A DNA stretch of 57,537 nt, from positions 1-57,537 of the forward strand of contig JAUPKX010000016.1 in NCBI GenBank assembly GCA_030837225.1. Reading direction: 5' to 3'. Shown here in pieces: positions 45,526-54,614 of this stretch. The stretch's first letter is position 1. Each line of letters begins with the position of its first letter. A program made the position numbers and the translations under genes. Source of the DNA: Patescibacteria group bacterium (lineage in GTDB: Bacteria; Patescibacteriota; Minisyncoccia; Phycocordibacterales; Phycocordibacteraceae). A model generated the notes under the pieces. The model was not told the origin of the DNA. It saw nothing but the letters and a program-made list of their open reading frames with translations, and ran no database searches.

Positions 45526-48444
45526 TTGAAAGTTCTTACAGGTACGAAATTCCTTGCATTCGTACACCTGGAGGGACTCTCTCGATTTATTGCTCGAGCT
45601 TATGCTGACGAGGAGAAAGTTGCACAGGAGGAGTCGTTCGGCTACGACGATCGGAACAACCTTGAGGCGTTTGCCGTAGGGGTTACTGGTATTGCACCTG
45701 CATTCACGGCTCCAGAGCCTGCGCCTGTTGCAGTGCCAAGCACACCCGTTATTCAAGAAGCGGTGCCTCTAGCCCCTCAGGCCAGCTCTACGGTTGAGGT
45801 GCCTGTTGTTGAGCCTGTTCCAGTGCCTGTTGTTGAAGTGGTTCCTGCTCCCGTAACACCTGAAGCGAGTGTTGAGGTACCGGTTAACGTTATTCAGGAA
45901 GTCGTATCCTTCCTCTCTGCTCCGTTTCGAACGGTATTCGCGTGGGCAGCGCCGTTCATGGCGCGTGCAGTGGCCCAGGAAGTAGTTGAAGTGCTTCCAG
46001 AGGCAGCTCCAGCTACAACAGGCGAAAGCATTGTGGTGTGGAATACCCGTGACGCCCTCGACAACCTAACTGAGACTGAGAACCAGAGGGGTGAGGTTAC
46101 GAAGTATCGCTACGACTCTAAGGCTGATGCCTTGATCGGAAAGACGGTTACGAGCGCCCAGGGATCGGTACTCTCTGATATTAACTACGGATTTGATAGC
46201 ACCAATTCACGCTGGACCAGCAGGACTGAGAACGGGAAGTCAGAGTCCTATGAGTACGACTCTCGTGGCCAGCTTATAAGCGGCACAGGCAGCTATGCCT
46301 ATGACGAGCATGGCAACCGTGTAAGTAGCAAGGATTCAAGAGGTGAGGGCTCCTACACCTACGAAGGCAACCGCCTCCTTGCCCTTGTGCGTGGCGACGC
46401 GACCAAGTCTTACGAGTATGACGACAATGGAAATGTTGTAGCTATCCGCGACTCTAAAAAGGGTGCAACTACCCTGAGCTACACCTCGCGCGGTGCTATT
46501 GCTGGTATCAAACTCTCAGACGGTACGCAGATCCGCTATACCTATGACGCACTTAACCGCCGCGTTGAGAAGTCTGTAGGGAACCGTATTGAGCGCTATC
46601 AGTACGAGGGCAAGAACCTCACCCGTGTATTGAACGAGAGCGGAACAGTGCTCAGGCAGTATGTCTATGATCCGAAGGGAGCACTCATTGCCATTATTCG
46701 GGATCAGGCCGTCTATTCGGTTATTCTCGACGCAAAGGGAAGCGTTGTTGCGCTCACAGACAGCCGTTCAGAAGTTGTTGCGCGCTTCAGCTATGACGCA
46801 TGGGGCACCCCTGAGTCTACGGACACCGGTCTTACCGACTTCTACTTCGCTTCTGGATACTATGAGGCAGAAGCAGGACTCTATATCCTTGGACCCCGTA
46901 CATACGATCCTTCTCTCGGCCGATTCCTTCAGAAGGACCCGCTTGCAGGAAGCTTGCTTGATCTGGTTAGCCAGAATGAGTATGTCTATGCAAACAACGA
47001 TCCGGTAAACAAGATAGATCCAACAGGACATCGCGCTGAAATAGCTAGTGTTGGGCAGTCTGCGAAAGCTATAGCCGCAAGCGCTCGCGCTGCAGCGCGC
47101 CAGATGGGTGTTGTTGTAGCCGAGAAGAAGAAAGAGATTGCAGATCTTGAGGCAGACCCTCTCTCGTCTCCTGATGATCTCCTTGCAGCTCGCGGTGCGC
47201 TAGCTGCTGCTCTTGAATCAAAAGAGGCGATGCTTGAGCTTGCAAAGAATAACGAGGAGGATGTGGCTCGCCGCGAGGCACGCGAGATTGAAGAAGCCTT
47301 GGCAGACGCCGCATGGCAGGCTTCGCTTCAGAGTGTTGCTGCTCCTGTATTAGAAGCAACTACAACCCCTGAGATTGTGCCGACTGTGGAGACAGCGCCT
47401 GCAGAGGTGCCTATTGAGAGTGTTGAACCTCCTGTTATTGAGAGTACGGGACCGGTTGGTTTCTTCAAGAATGGCTCAGGCTTCGTATCTGAGAGCTTGT
47501 ATAAGCTGGTGCCGAAGGTTGAGGCAAAAAAGAAGAAGTCAAAGAGTAAGAAGAGTCCTCCACCGCCTAAAAAGAAAGCTAAGGAGAAAGCACCCAAGAA
47601 ACTTAGTAAGGCTGAGCAAAGAGAGCAAGAAAAGGTGGAGAAGGTGGCAAAAGCACTTAAAAACCTTATTACCACGAAGAAGGCCCACGCCGCAGAGGCT
47701 TCGTTAGCGACAACGCAAAAGAAGGGGTCTGCGCCGCTACCTTCAACTGCGATTACCTCGCAAGCGACGAAGAAAGAAGTACTAGCTACGGCAACAACTC
47801 CTTCGAAGCCGGCGTCTAAGCCAGGTATTGTTGATAAGTCGACAGCACCTACCCAAGGCTCAAAGATTGCCTTCCTTGGTGTTAGCTTAAATCCCTCCTC
47901 AATTGAGAAATGGGTTCAGGAAGGTGCAAGCGCTCTATATGACCAAAGCCCAGCATGGAGATATGCAATGAACAATCCCGTTGTTACAGGGGCAGCGGTT
48001 GGTGTGGGCGCTGGATTGGTAGCTTATGGAGCGTCGGCAGCACTTACATCGCTTAGCGTAAACAGTCTTTCGGGAATTGGAGCAAGATCAACAAGTAACC
48101 TGTCTAGATTAGATGCTCTTCCACAGAAGAGCCTGGTACCGGCTAAATTAGGCCAGCTATCTGAGCAGCTAGGTAAGCCTGCAAGTCAAATCTTGCAAGA
48201 CGCAGTGAAAAATGGGAAACCGTATATAGACTTCCGAAATGGAGGAAATATCAACATACTTAGCAAAATGGGTTCCGACAGCATGATTCGAATAACAACT
48301 GATCCAACGATCTCTCGAATTATCTCTGCAGGAAGAATGGAAACATCGCAAGTAACGAAACTTATAAACTCTGGAAATATGCAGAGCCTTAAATCGAGTA
48401 TTTCTGAACTGCCAAATGTACTATCGAAATTAATTTCAAAGTAA
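45526..48444 (+). CDS. Rhs/YD-repeat polymorphic toxin (start uncertain, possibly 5'-truncated)
   Basis: YD repeats (YEYDSRGQL, YAYDEHGNR, YTYDALNRR); Rhs core RTYDPSLGRFLQKDP...YVYANNDPVNKIDPTG; 471-aa C-terminal extension. Confidence 0.85.
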   Translation: MKVLTGTKFLAFVHLEGLSRFIARAYADEEKVAQEESFGYDDRNNLEAFAVGVTGIAPAFTAPEPAPVAVPSTPVIQEAVPLAPQASSTVEVPVVEPVPVPVVEVVPAPVTPEASVEVPVNVIQEVVSFLSAPFRTVFAWAAPFMARAVAQEVVEVLPEAAPATTGESIVVWNTRDALDNLTETENQRGEVTKYRYDSKADALIGKTVTSAQGSVLSDINYGFDSTNSRWTSRTENGKSESYEYDSRGQLISGTGSYAYDEHGNRVSSKDSRGEGSYTYEGNRLLALVRGDATKSYEYDDNGNVVAIRDSKKGATTLSYTSRGAIAGIKLSDGTQIRYTYDALNRRVEKSVGNRIERYQYEGKNLTRVLNESGTVLRQYVYDPKGALIAIIRDQAVYSVILDAKGSVVALTDSRSEVVARFSYDAWGTPESTDTGLTDFYFASGYYEAEAGLYILGPRTYDPSLGRFLQKDPLAGSLLDLVSQNEYVYANNDPVNKIDPTGHRAEIASVGQSAKAIAASARAAARQMGVVVAEKKKEIADLEADPLSSPDDLLAARGALAAALESKEAMLELAKNNEEDVARREAREIEEALADAAWQASLQSVAAPVLEATTTPEIVPTVETAPAEVPIESVEPPVIESTGPVGFFKNGSGFVSESLYKLVPKVEAKKKKSKSKKSPPPPKKKAKEKAPKKLSKAEQREQEKVEKVAKALKNLITTKKAHAAEASLATTQKKGSAPLPSTAITSQATKKEVLATATTPSKPASKPGIVDKSTAPTQGSKIAFLGVSLNPSSIEKWVQEGASALYDQSPAWRYAMNNPVVTGAAVGVGAGLVAYGASAALTSLSVNSLSGIGARSTSNLSRLDALPQKSLVPAKLGQLSEQLGKPASQILQDAVKNGKPYIDFRNGGNINILSKMGSDSMIRITTDPTISRIISAGRMETSQVTKLINSGNMQSLKSSISELPNVLSKLISK

Positions 48445-48445
48445 T

Positions 48446-48730
48446 ATGAAAAAAGTATTGAATTTAGTTGATTCTTACATTGAAAACAGCGTTAGTTTTG
48501 ATCATTTCTGTGAACAAATTAACCTTCTTTACGGTAGTGACAATCCTGAATGGAAAGGCATGAGTGGAGATGAACAAAATTTTGTTTACGAAGTTTATGA
48601 AAAATCCACGTATTCAGGTGAAGGCTTGCCTAAAAATGATCCAGATAGAAAATTTGGAATAATAGACGAAGAAGACCTTAGGGAATGGTTGAAGGAATTA
48701 AAAGAAAAGAATATTCAACTTTGGAAATAG
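48446..48730 (+). CDS. Probable cognate immunity protein (colicin D immunity-like helical pattern)
   Basis: Starts 1 nt after the toxin stop; small and acidic; LV..YI...VS...F...Y and IDEEDLR pattern. Confidence 0.65.
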   Translation: MKKVLNLVDSYIENSVSFDHFCEQINLLYGSDNPEWKGMSGDEQNFVYEVYEKSTYSGEGLPKNDPDRKFGIIDEEDLREWLKELKEKNIQLWK

Positions 48731-48792
48731 TTTCTATTAATTCGCAGACCTTGGCCAGTCTCGGAGCAGCCCTCAATAACTCCTAAATCATT

Positions 48793-49203
48793 ATGTATAA
48801 AGATTTCTTTCGCAAAGATGGATTATTTGATTCGAGCGGTCGGTCAGGGAGGTTTAGCTTTCTACTAGTTACTCTCATTGCACAAATAGCATGTGTAGTT
48901 GTTTACTTTGTACTGAGCAGCATCTTTTCTCTCTTAGAGCTACTCATATCTAGCCCAACCAACCAAGCCGGGAAGATACCGGAAGTCTTTCTCGTTGCAG
49001 GAGTTCTGCCTGTTACGCTTTTTATTTTAGTGACAGCAAGTATCCGCCGCTGTCATGATATCGGACTAAACGGAAGATGGACGTTATTGTTATTTCTGCC
49101 ATTTATTAACGTTTTTTTTGCAATATTTCTATTTGCCAAAAAAGGCAGTCAGGCGGGAAACAAGTTTGGTCCTCCCTTACCAAAGTTCATCCGTGTGCAG
49201 TAA
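48793..49203 (+). CDS. DUF805 family membrane protein
   Basis: GRSGR..F, IRRCHDIG.NG.W and G....NKFGP motifs. Confidence 0.85.
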   Translation: MYKDFFRKDGLFDSSGRSGRFSFLLVTLIAQIACVVVYFVLSSIFSLLELLISSPTNQAGKIPEVFLVAGVLPVTLFILVTASIRRCHDIGLNGRWTLLLFLPFINVFFAIFLFAKKGSQAGNKFGPPLPKFIRVQ

Positions 49204-49264
49204 ATGGCGGCCGCCACCATTTACTCAAGGCGTAGCGCCAGCTTGAAATTGACTAAGAGATGTT

Positions 49265-49456
49265 TTGTTAGATACCATAGAACCGGGTAATACAGAATTA
49301 TCAGGTGGTGATTACGATTATATCCAAATGGATAATTTAAAATATCCCTTAACATACGTAGTCTGTGTATCTAAAGGGAAGATATATCACATTGAATTAG
49401 TAACAAATGGAAACGAAGCCTGGGATGGAACAATCGACGGTTTTCATTTTATGTAA
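49265..49456 (+). pseudogene. Probable 5'-truncated immunity-like gene fragment
   Basis: 63-codon ORF with TTG start inside the AT-rich tract. Confidence 0.35.
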
Positions 49457-49477
49457 CGACGTCGACATAAGATAATC

Positions 49478-49939
49478 ATGGCACTTTGGCAATACACATT
49501 CAGAGTTATTCCTAGCATTGATTCACTTGCATTGGATGCAGTGATTCACAATACTGAAGGTAATAAAATTAATACTGACGACGAGCTCTGGGACGCAAAG
49601 AAAGTGGCATTAAGTGAGCTTGCAGGACTTGAAAAAATACTGCCGTTAGGTAAATCGTGGAATACAGATTTAATGGTCTACGGAGAACTTGAGAAGAACT
49701 GTATTGAGATTTACTTGAATGGAGACAACGTAAGTTCAATGTCATTCAGAATTGATTTCCGAAGTGAGTACGAAAATATCCTATCGAAGCTTATTGATCT
49801 GCTTAAAGAAATGAGTCTAACTGCTTTAAGTGAGAATCTTACTGTAGTCCCACTTACATTCGAGGCTATGCAAGAAACAATTGAATCTTCACCTCAAGTT
49901 TCAACTTGGAGAAAACTGTCTGGAGATAAGCGATTATAA
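49478..49939 (+). CDS. Hypothetical protein, candidate orphan immunity protein
   Basis: 153 aa, acidic, in the tandem AT-rich tract behind the Rhs toxin. Confidence 0.65.
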   Translation: MALWQYTFRVIPSIDSLALDAVIHNTEGNKINTDDELWDAKKVALSELAGLEKILPLGKSWNTDLMVYGELEKNCIEIYLNGDNVSSMSFRIDFRSEYENILSKLIDLLKEMSLTALSENLTVVPLTFEAMQETIESSPQVSTWRKLSGDKRL

Positions 49940-49948
49940 AAATAAAAT

Positions 49949-50365
49949 ATGAAAATTCAAAATGCGATATTAATTCTTCTTACCAAGTTACTAACCGGTG
50001 AAAAAAGCTGGCACGATTTTGATAATGAATGGCATTTGATTTATAACCTCAATTCTTTTGATGTAGAGACTGTAGAGACTGCTGAGTTGGGTCAAATACC
50101 CAGTATAATTGGCAGGACTGCAGATCCTACACCAACCGATGTTCCTATTAATACGTACTTTTCTTTAACACAGTGTAAAAATGAAATTGAGAAGTTTCTC
50201 GCCAAAACACAAGAAAAAAGTAATGTTTGGAACAAGTATATAGATACCGATGAGAATAGTTCGCGCGAGTATGAAAACTTTATTAAATCTTTGCTTCCTT
50301 CCGACGAGACAGACGAAGTGTTACAAGTATTAAAAAAGCTATGGCACAAAACAGAACAATACTAA
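49949..50365 (+). CDS. Hypothetical protein, candidate orphan immunity protein
   Basis: N-terminus LL.KLL.GE.SW.DF..EW..IY resembles that of 48446-48730. Confidence 0.6.
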   Translation: MKIQNAILILLTKLLTGEKSWHDFDNEWHLIYNLNSFDVETVETAELGQIPSIIGRTADPTPTDVPINTYFSLTQCKNEIEKFLAKTQEKSNVWNKYIDTDENSSREYENFIKSLLPSDETDEVLQVLKKLWHKTEQY

Positions 50366-50367
50366 CT

Positions 50368-50817
50368 ATGAACTGGGAAGAAAAGAAAAGTAATCTGTAC
50401 TACATAGATGGGTCGTATAGAGATATCGTAGTACTTGATACGACTACTAAGGATTGGGAGGAAGTCATTAGCTTTTTAGAACAAAGTGAAAGTTATAAAG
50501 TTATATTTGATAGTACCGGTACTGAAGATGAGAAAATTGACTTTAACCTTGTAAAGAGTCGCTGGGATAGTTGCTACAATAACGGCAAAGATAATAGACT
50601 TGGAATAAGTGTCTATGTAGATACGATCCGACTAAATGCACATTTCTTTTCTGACAAAGAAATTGAGTTTGACCTAGATCCAAAGGAAATAAAATCGCCT
50701 AGTGACGATGCAAAAGTTATGAGTTTTATTGAAAGTGCAGCAAGAGTATTGCACAAAGAGGTTTTAATTACGCCAGAGAATGATCACTCCACTACATTAC
50801 TATCGACTAAGGGGTAA
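50368..50817 (+). CDS. Hypothetical protein, candidate orphan immunity protein
   Basis: DGS.RDI.V..T...DW, N.HFF...EIEFDLDP.EI and TPEN motifs; context. Confidence 0.65.
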   Translation: MNWEEKKSNLYYIDGSYRDIVVLDTTTKDWEEVISFLEQSESYKVIFDSTGTEDEKIDFNLVKSRWDSCYNNGKDNRLGISVYVDTIRLNAHFFSDKEIEFDLDPKEIKSPSDDAKVMSFIESAARVLHKEVLITPENDHSTTLLSTKG

Positions 50818-50891
50818 CGTTAGGTCTTAAAGGTAAACAAAAGTTTTATTGGTTCAGATTCCAAACGGGTGCTTTCTGTTAAACTATATCA

Positions 50892-51206
50892 ATGGCGCAA
50901 AATATTAGTGTAGAAAGGATTTCTGAAAGCAATGAAGTTCTTTGTGCTGCACCATGCAATGCAGCAGAGATCGTAAACGTACTTTGGAATCTTCAGGATT
51001 TTAAAGTAACTTACCCCTGGCTATCCACTATTGACCCCTGTGGGCTAACTTATATTAATAGTCCTCAAAAGCAGTTATATCTGGAAGAGCTTTCACGGCT
51101 TGCTTTTGCTATGGAAGCTGTCCAAGCCCAGGATGCAATTGGTTTATTTAAGAACTTCATTGCGGATACTGAAACACATCAGTATGTAAGGTTAACGGGT
51201 GACTAG
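50892..51206 (+). CDS. Hypothetical protein, candidate orphan immunity protein
   Basis: YPWL..IDP.G.T..N..Q and H.YV...GD motifs; context. Confidence 0.65.
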   Translation: MAQNISVERISESNEVLCAAPCNAAEIVNVLWNLQDFKVTYPWLSTIDPCGLTYINSPQKQLYLEELSRLAFAMEAVQAQDAIGLFKNFIADTETHQYVRLTGD

Positions 51207-51216
51207 CTAGGTACAT

Positions 51217-51600
51217 ATGGGACACACCACAGCTAGTTCAGTAACCATTAAGAGAGTTGCGTGGTTATCGAAAGACGCTCGTGAGGCTCGTGTGCTAATA
51301 ACGGACGGTAAGCACGAGTTGGAGTGTTTTGCTCAGCCCTTTACAGGAGCACTAGGTGATGTGGTTCAAGGCCCTATACTTGTTCTTGATTGCGACAGGG
51401 TAGAGAAGGTAGATGCAGTTGAAATGAAGACACAAAAACTTGATGATCATTTTGCCTACAGTCTCACCCTTAAAGTAAAGGACTCTTCGACCTCGACACT
51501 ACTCCTTGGAGACATTGAGATTCTGGCTCGTAACTGTTTGCCTGCAGACATAGCTGATGGAGACTTTGTTAATCTAACTTGTAGTAGGCTTGATCTTTAG
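51217..51600 (+). CDS. Hypothetical protein, candidate orphan immunity protein
   Basis: 127 aa; EA.V.ITDG...L.CF and C.RLDL C-terminus; context. Confidence 0.65.
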   Translation: MGHTTASSVTIKRVAWLSKDAREARVLITDGKHELECFAQPFTGALGDVVQGPILVLDCDRVEKVDAVEMKTQKLDDHFAYSLTLKVKDSSTSTLLLGDIEILARNCLPADIADGDFVNLTCSRLDL

Positions 51601-51616
51601 CTCAGTAAGCAGTCTT

Positions 51617-51993
51617 ATGAAAAAATTTATTCTAGACGGTAATAAAATTAAAAGCCTAGAAGACTTCGGTATTCAACTTTCTGGACTGGCTTCTGATTCG
51701 GAAACTGAAGAAAGGACGAGTATCTCGTTACAAAGCAAGATTACGAAGATTACCTTAACTTGAGTCAAACTGATGACTATGCATATTATGGGCATCTTGA
51801 CCGTATAAACGACTGGCTCGGACAATTAGCGGAACATGATGATGCATTCTTACTGATAACTAACTCTAATAATCTTATAGAGACATTCGGGTACGAAGCA
51901 TTAGTTTCGATAATTAACGAACGACTTTACAGACAAAAGCAGGCGTATCCAAATGATGCTGCCACTCACAATCAGCTGGAGAGTGAACTTTGA
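51617..51993 (+). pseudogene. Barstar-like inhibitor gene split by a 1-nt frameshift
   Basis: One frame reads MKKFILDGNKIKSLEDF; a shifted frame continues KDEYLVT...YYGHLDRINDWL; frames switch near gaagaaaggac at about 51707-51717. Confidence 0.55.
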
Positions 51994-52008
51994 CTAGCAA
52001 GTAACTGT

Positions 52009-52146
52009 GAAGGTCCAACCCTTCTTGATGTGTTGAACCTCATAACCCAAAGAAGCGCCTCTGGTTTCTTACTTAAAATTGAGTTCGCTTAGAGCACAGA
52101 TAATGGAGGCTTTGTGAAGCTAAACTGTGCAAGACTTGATCTTTAG
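52009..52146 (+). pseudogene. Degenerate remnant paralogous to 51217-51600
   Basis: 52099-52146 translates DNGGFVKLNCARLDL*, against IADGDFVNLTCSRLDL*. Confidence 0.55.
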
Positions 52147-52433
52147 CAGAGCAGAGGATTAACTACCACACTAACTCCTTCTGTCTATATTGGTCTATTA
52201 CTTTATGTAGTCTTCTTCTGTATGTAGCTTATGTTTTGCTATAAGGCAGCTAGAAACATAGCGGGTACAACTAAGATTAAATCCATACTCTTTCTCGTTA
52301 TTATTCCTTCTATTTGTACGCTGTTGTTGTTGGCGTTTGGGGCGAGTTTGGTGGCTCAGTAGTTTGTTACGCTGTTCATTTTACTTACTGAGCTCGGCAG
52401 GCTACGTACTTTCACTTTATTCAAGGTGCTATT

Positions 52434-53285
52434 ATGAGTACTCAAAGGAAGTCTATGGCATCCCCTAAAGAGCTCTCAGACGAGCCATTTATTGATGTAG
52501 GTGTTAGTGAACTACTAACCCCTTTTCCTGACGTTATAGAGGAGCTTCAGCGGCGCCAGGAGGATACTGTCCTCCGAGCGGCTGTACTGTCTTATCTGGG
52601 AGACGATTTGCCCTCCTACTTCTCACAAGCGCCCCTACTTTACATGGCGCGACACGTAGCGACTCCTAATTTTGAGACCCTACGATTCCTTCACCTCACC
52701 GAGTCTCTCGACATGCAGACCGTTATCGGCCAAGACACCAGCGATAAGTTCGTTCCGCACAACACTCTAAAAAAAGCTCTTGGAAAACTGTCCGTATGTA
52801 CGGGTATGAGCCATAAAGAGGGTAGATTCCATGAACAGTTTCAGAATGAGTCAATCATCGATTTCAATGAGACGAGCGGTAAGCCTTTTAATACCATTAC
52901 CACGCGATGGGGGGAGTCGCTTGTCGACTTTCATAATGAATTATTTAACTCCTTTACTACGCAGCCTCCACAGATAGTTGATGATGCGCCATGGATTGAT
53001 AGACATGGTCGGGGAAACTTGCTTGAGCACTACAAGATGTTTCTCGCCTTATTCGTAGTGCATGGAGTCCTGTTTGAAGACTATCTTATTGAAGACAAGC
53101 TTGAGGGGGTATTCGTTGAAGAGGTACTGCGGCCTGCGTTCAGGTTTGTTGAGGCACATTTTGGTGTTCGCCCTCTCATTACGCAACTCACGCCTACATC
53201 GGTTGAAAGCGAGGCGTTTTGGTTAAGTTATCCAAGACAGGTGCTCGATATTATACGAGAGCGGAGTGCTACAAATTCCTCTTAG
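52434..53285 (+). CDS. Hypothetical soluble enzyme-like protein
   Basis: 283 aa; ARHVATPNFE, DKFV..N..K..LGKL and HGVLFEDY motifs; first gene of a tight operon (alternative start 52455). Confidence 0.75.
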   Translation: MSTQRKSMASPKELSDEPFIDVGVSELLTPFPDVIEELQRRQEDTVLRAAVLSYLGDDLPSYFSQAPLLYMARHVATPNFETLRFLHLTESLDMQTVIGQDTSDKFVPHNTLKKALGKLSVCTGMSHKEGRFHEQFQNESIIDFNETSGKPFNTITTRWGESLVDFHNELFNSFTTQPPQIVDDAPWIDRHGRGNLLEHYKMFLALFVVHGVLFEDYLIEDKLEGVFVEEVLRPAFRFVEAHFGVRPLITQLTPTSVESEAFWLSYPRQVLDIIRERSATNSS

Positions 53286-53288
53286 TCT

Positions 53289-54206
53289 ATGCACTGGTTC
53301 TTTATCGCCCTTGTGTCCCCAATCCTGACCAGCTTCGGGAACTTTATTGATAAGGCACTGACCGAGAAATTCATCTCGAAAGAGGCGTCAATATGGGTCC
53401 TTTCGCTCTATTCTTCGCTCTTTAGTTTGCTTGTAATTCCGCTGCTCTGGATATTTAATCCACATATTTTCAGCATAGAGTGGGAAAATGCGCTCGTGCT
53501 GATGCTGGCCGGTATGATCGAAATACTAAGCGTATTCCTATACCTTAATGCACTTCGGGACGAGGACACCTCCACCGTGGTGCCCGTGTTCCAGTCGATT
53601 CCGTTCTTTGCCTTTATTCTAGGATTTCTCGTGCTCGGCGAGACCTTAACCAATGCACAGATGACGGCGGGACTCGTTATCATATTTGGTGGCGTGTTGC
53701 TTACTGTTGAGTTCTCAAGAGAGCGTATCTTCACAATACGACTCGCGCCACTCCTGTTTATGCTTGCTGCGTCCTTCTCCTTTGCGCTTTACGATACGCT
53801 CTTTAAATTCGCTGCCATCCAGGAGAGTTTCTGGACATCGGTCTTCTGGCAGCATACAGGTATGGGGCTGCTTGGCTTAACCATATTTTTCCTCAACCGA
53901 AAACGACGGCATGGCTTTATCGAAAACATGCGTGCCAATGGAAAGAAAGTCTTTAGTCTCAACGTTTTAAACGAGTTTCTATACAGCATTGGCGTCGGAT
54001 TCTACAGCTTCGCGCTCCTCCTTGCTCCTATAGCTATAGTTGCCACCGTAAACGTATACCAGCCGGTTATCGTATTCGTGATCGGGCTTTTGTTTACCTT
54101 GTTCCTGCCACACATCATATCTGAACGGATATCACCGGGCCACGTGGCGCAGAAGCTTTTCGCGATGGCCATTATCCTCATAGGTAGCATTTACCTTGTC
54201 GGTTAG
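53289..54206 (+). CDS. EamA/DMT family transporter
   Basis: About 10 TMs in two repeats; LY..AL..ED.S.V.P and LGETL motifs. Confidence 0.88.
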   Translation: MHWFFIALVSPILTSFGNFIDKALTEKFISKEASIWVLSLYSSLFSLLVIPLLWIFNPHIFSIEWENALVLMLAGMIEILSVFLYLNALRDEDTSTVVPVFQSIPFFAFILGFLVLGETLTNAQMTAGLVIIFGGVLLTVEFSRERIFTIRLAPLLFMLAASFSFALYDTLFKFAAIQESFWTSVFWQHTGMGLLGLTIFFLNRKRRHGFIENMRANGKKVFSLNVLNEFLYSIGVGFYSFALLLAPIAIVATVNVYQPVIVFVIGLLFTLFLPHIISERISPGHVAQKLFAMAIILIGSIYLVG

Positions 54207-54235
54207 GACTTGCTACTCGTGCTATCGTAAAGAGC

Positions 54236-54610
54236 ATGGACATCAGGTCGCGAACACTCGTCATAATCTGTGTCCCGCTAATTATTCTAGTTGTCGTTGC
54301 ATCTTATTACCGGTTTTTCATTTCGAAGGATTATATTGTCGACTACAAAGCTACTTGTGATCCAGCTAACGAAAACTGTTTCGTGCTATGCGAGGAAGAA
54401 GGATGCGAGGAACCTGAGCCTTACGCGCGGATTTCAAAGTATGCTGCAGACCTGTATGCACAGTGTGGTGAAGATATTACGGATTGTGAATCCGCAAACG
54501 CGTGCGTACCAAGTGATCGTCATTGCGTTATAGAGTACTGCAGTGAAGACAAACTTGATGAAGGGGAGTCCTGTGTGGACAAAATTACTGAAGACATTGA
54601 GCAAGAATAG
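54236..54610 (+). CDS. Membrane-anchored Cys-rich extracellular protein
   Basis: N-terminal TM; CDP.NE.CF..C; many Cys in an acidic C-terminal domain. Confidence 0.75.
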   Translation: MDIRSRTLVIICVPLIILVVVASYYRFFISKDYIVDYKATCDPANENCFVLCEEEGCEEPEPYARISKYAADLYAQCGEDITDCESANACVPSDRHCVIEYCSEDKLDEGESCVDKITEDIEQE

Positions 54611-54614
54611 CGCT

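Noticed and set aside
48741-48768. Possible degenerate cassette repeat (TTCGCAGACCTTGGCCAGTCTCGGAGCA) after the first immunity gene
   Set aside because: Only CCAGTCTC..AGCA matches; the GTTCCAACATCGT arm is absent. Too weak without a profile scan.
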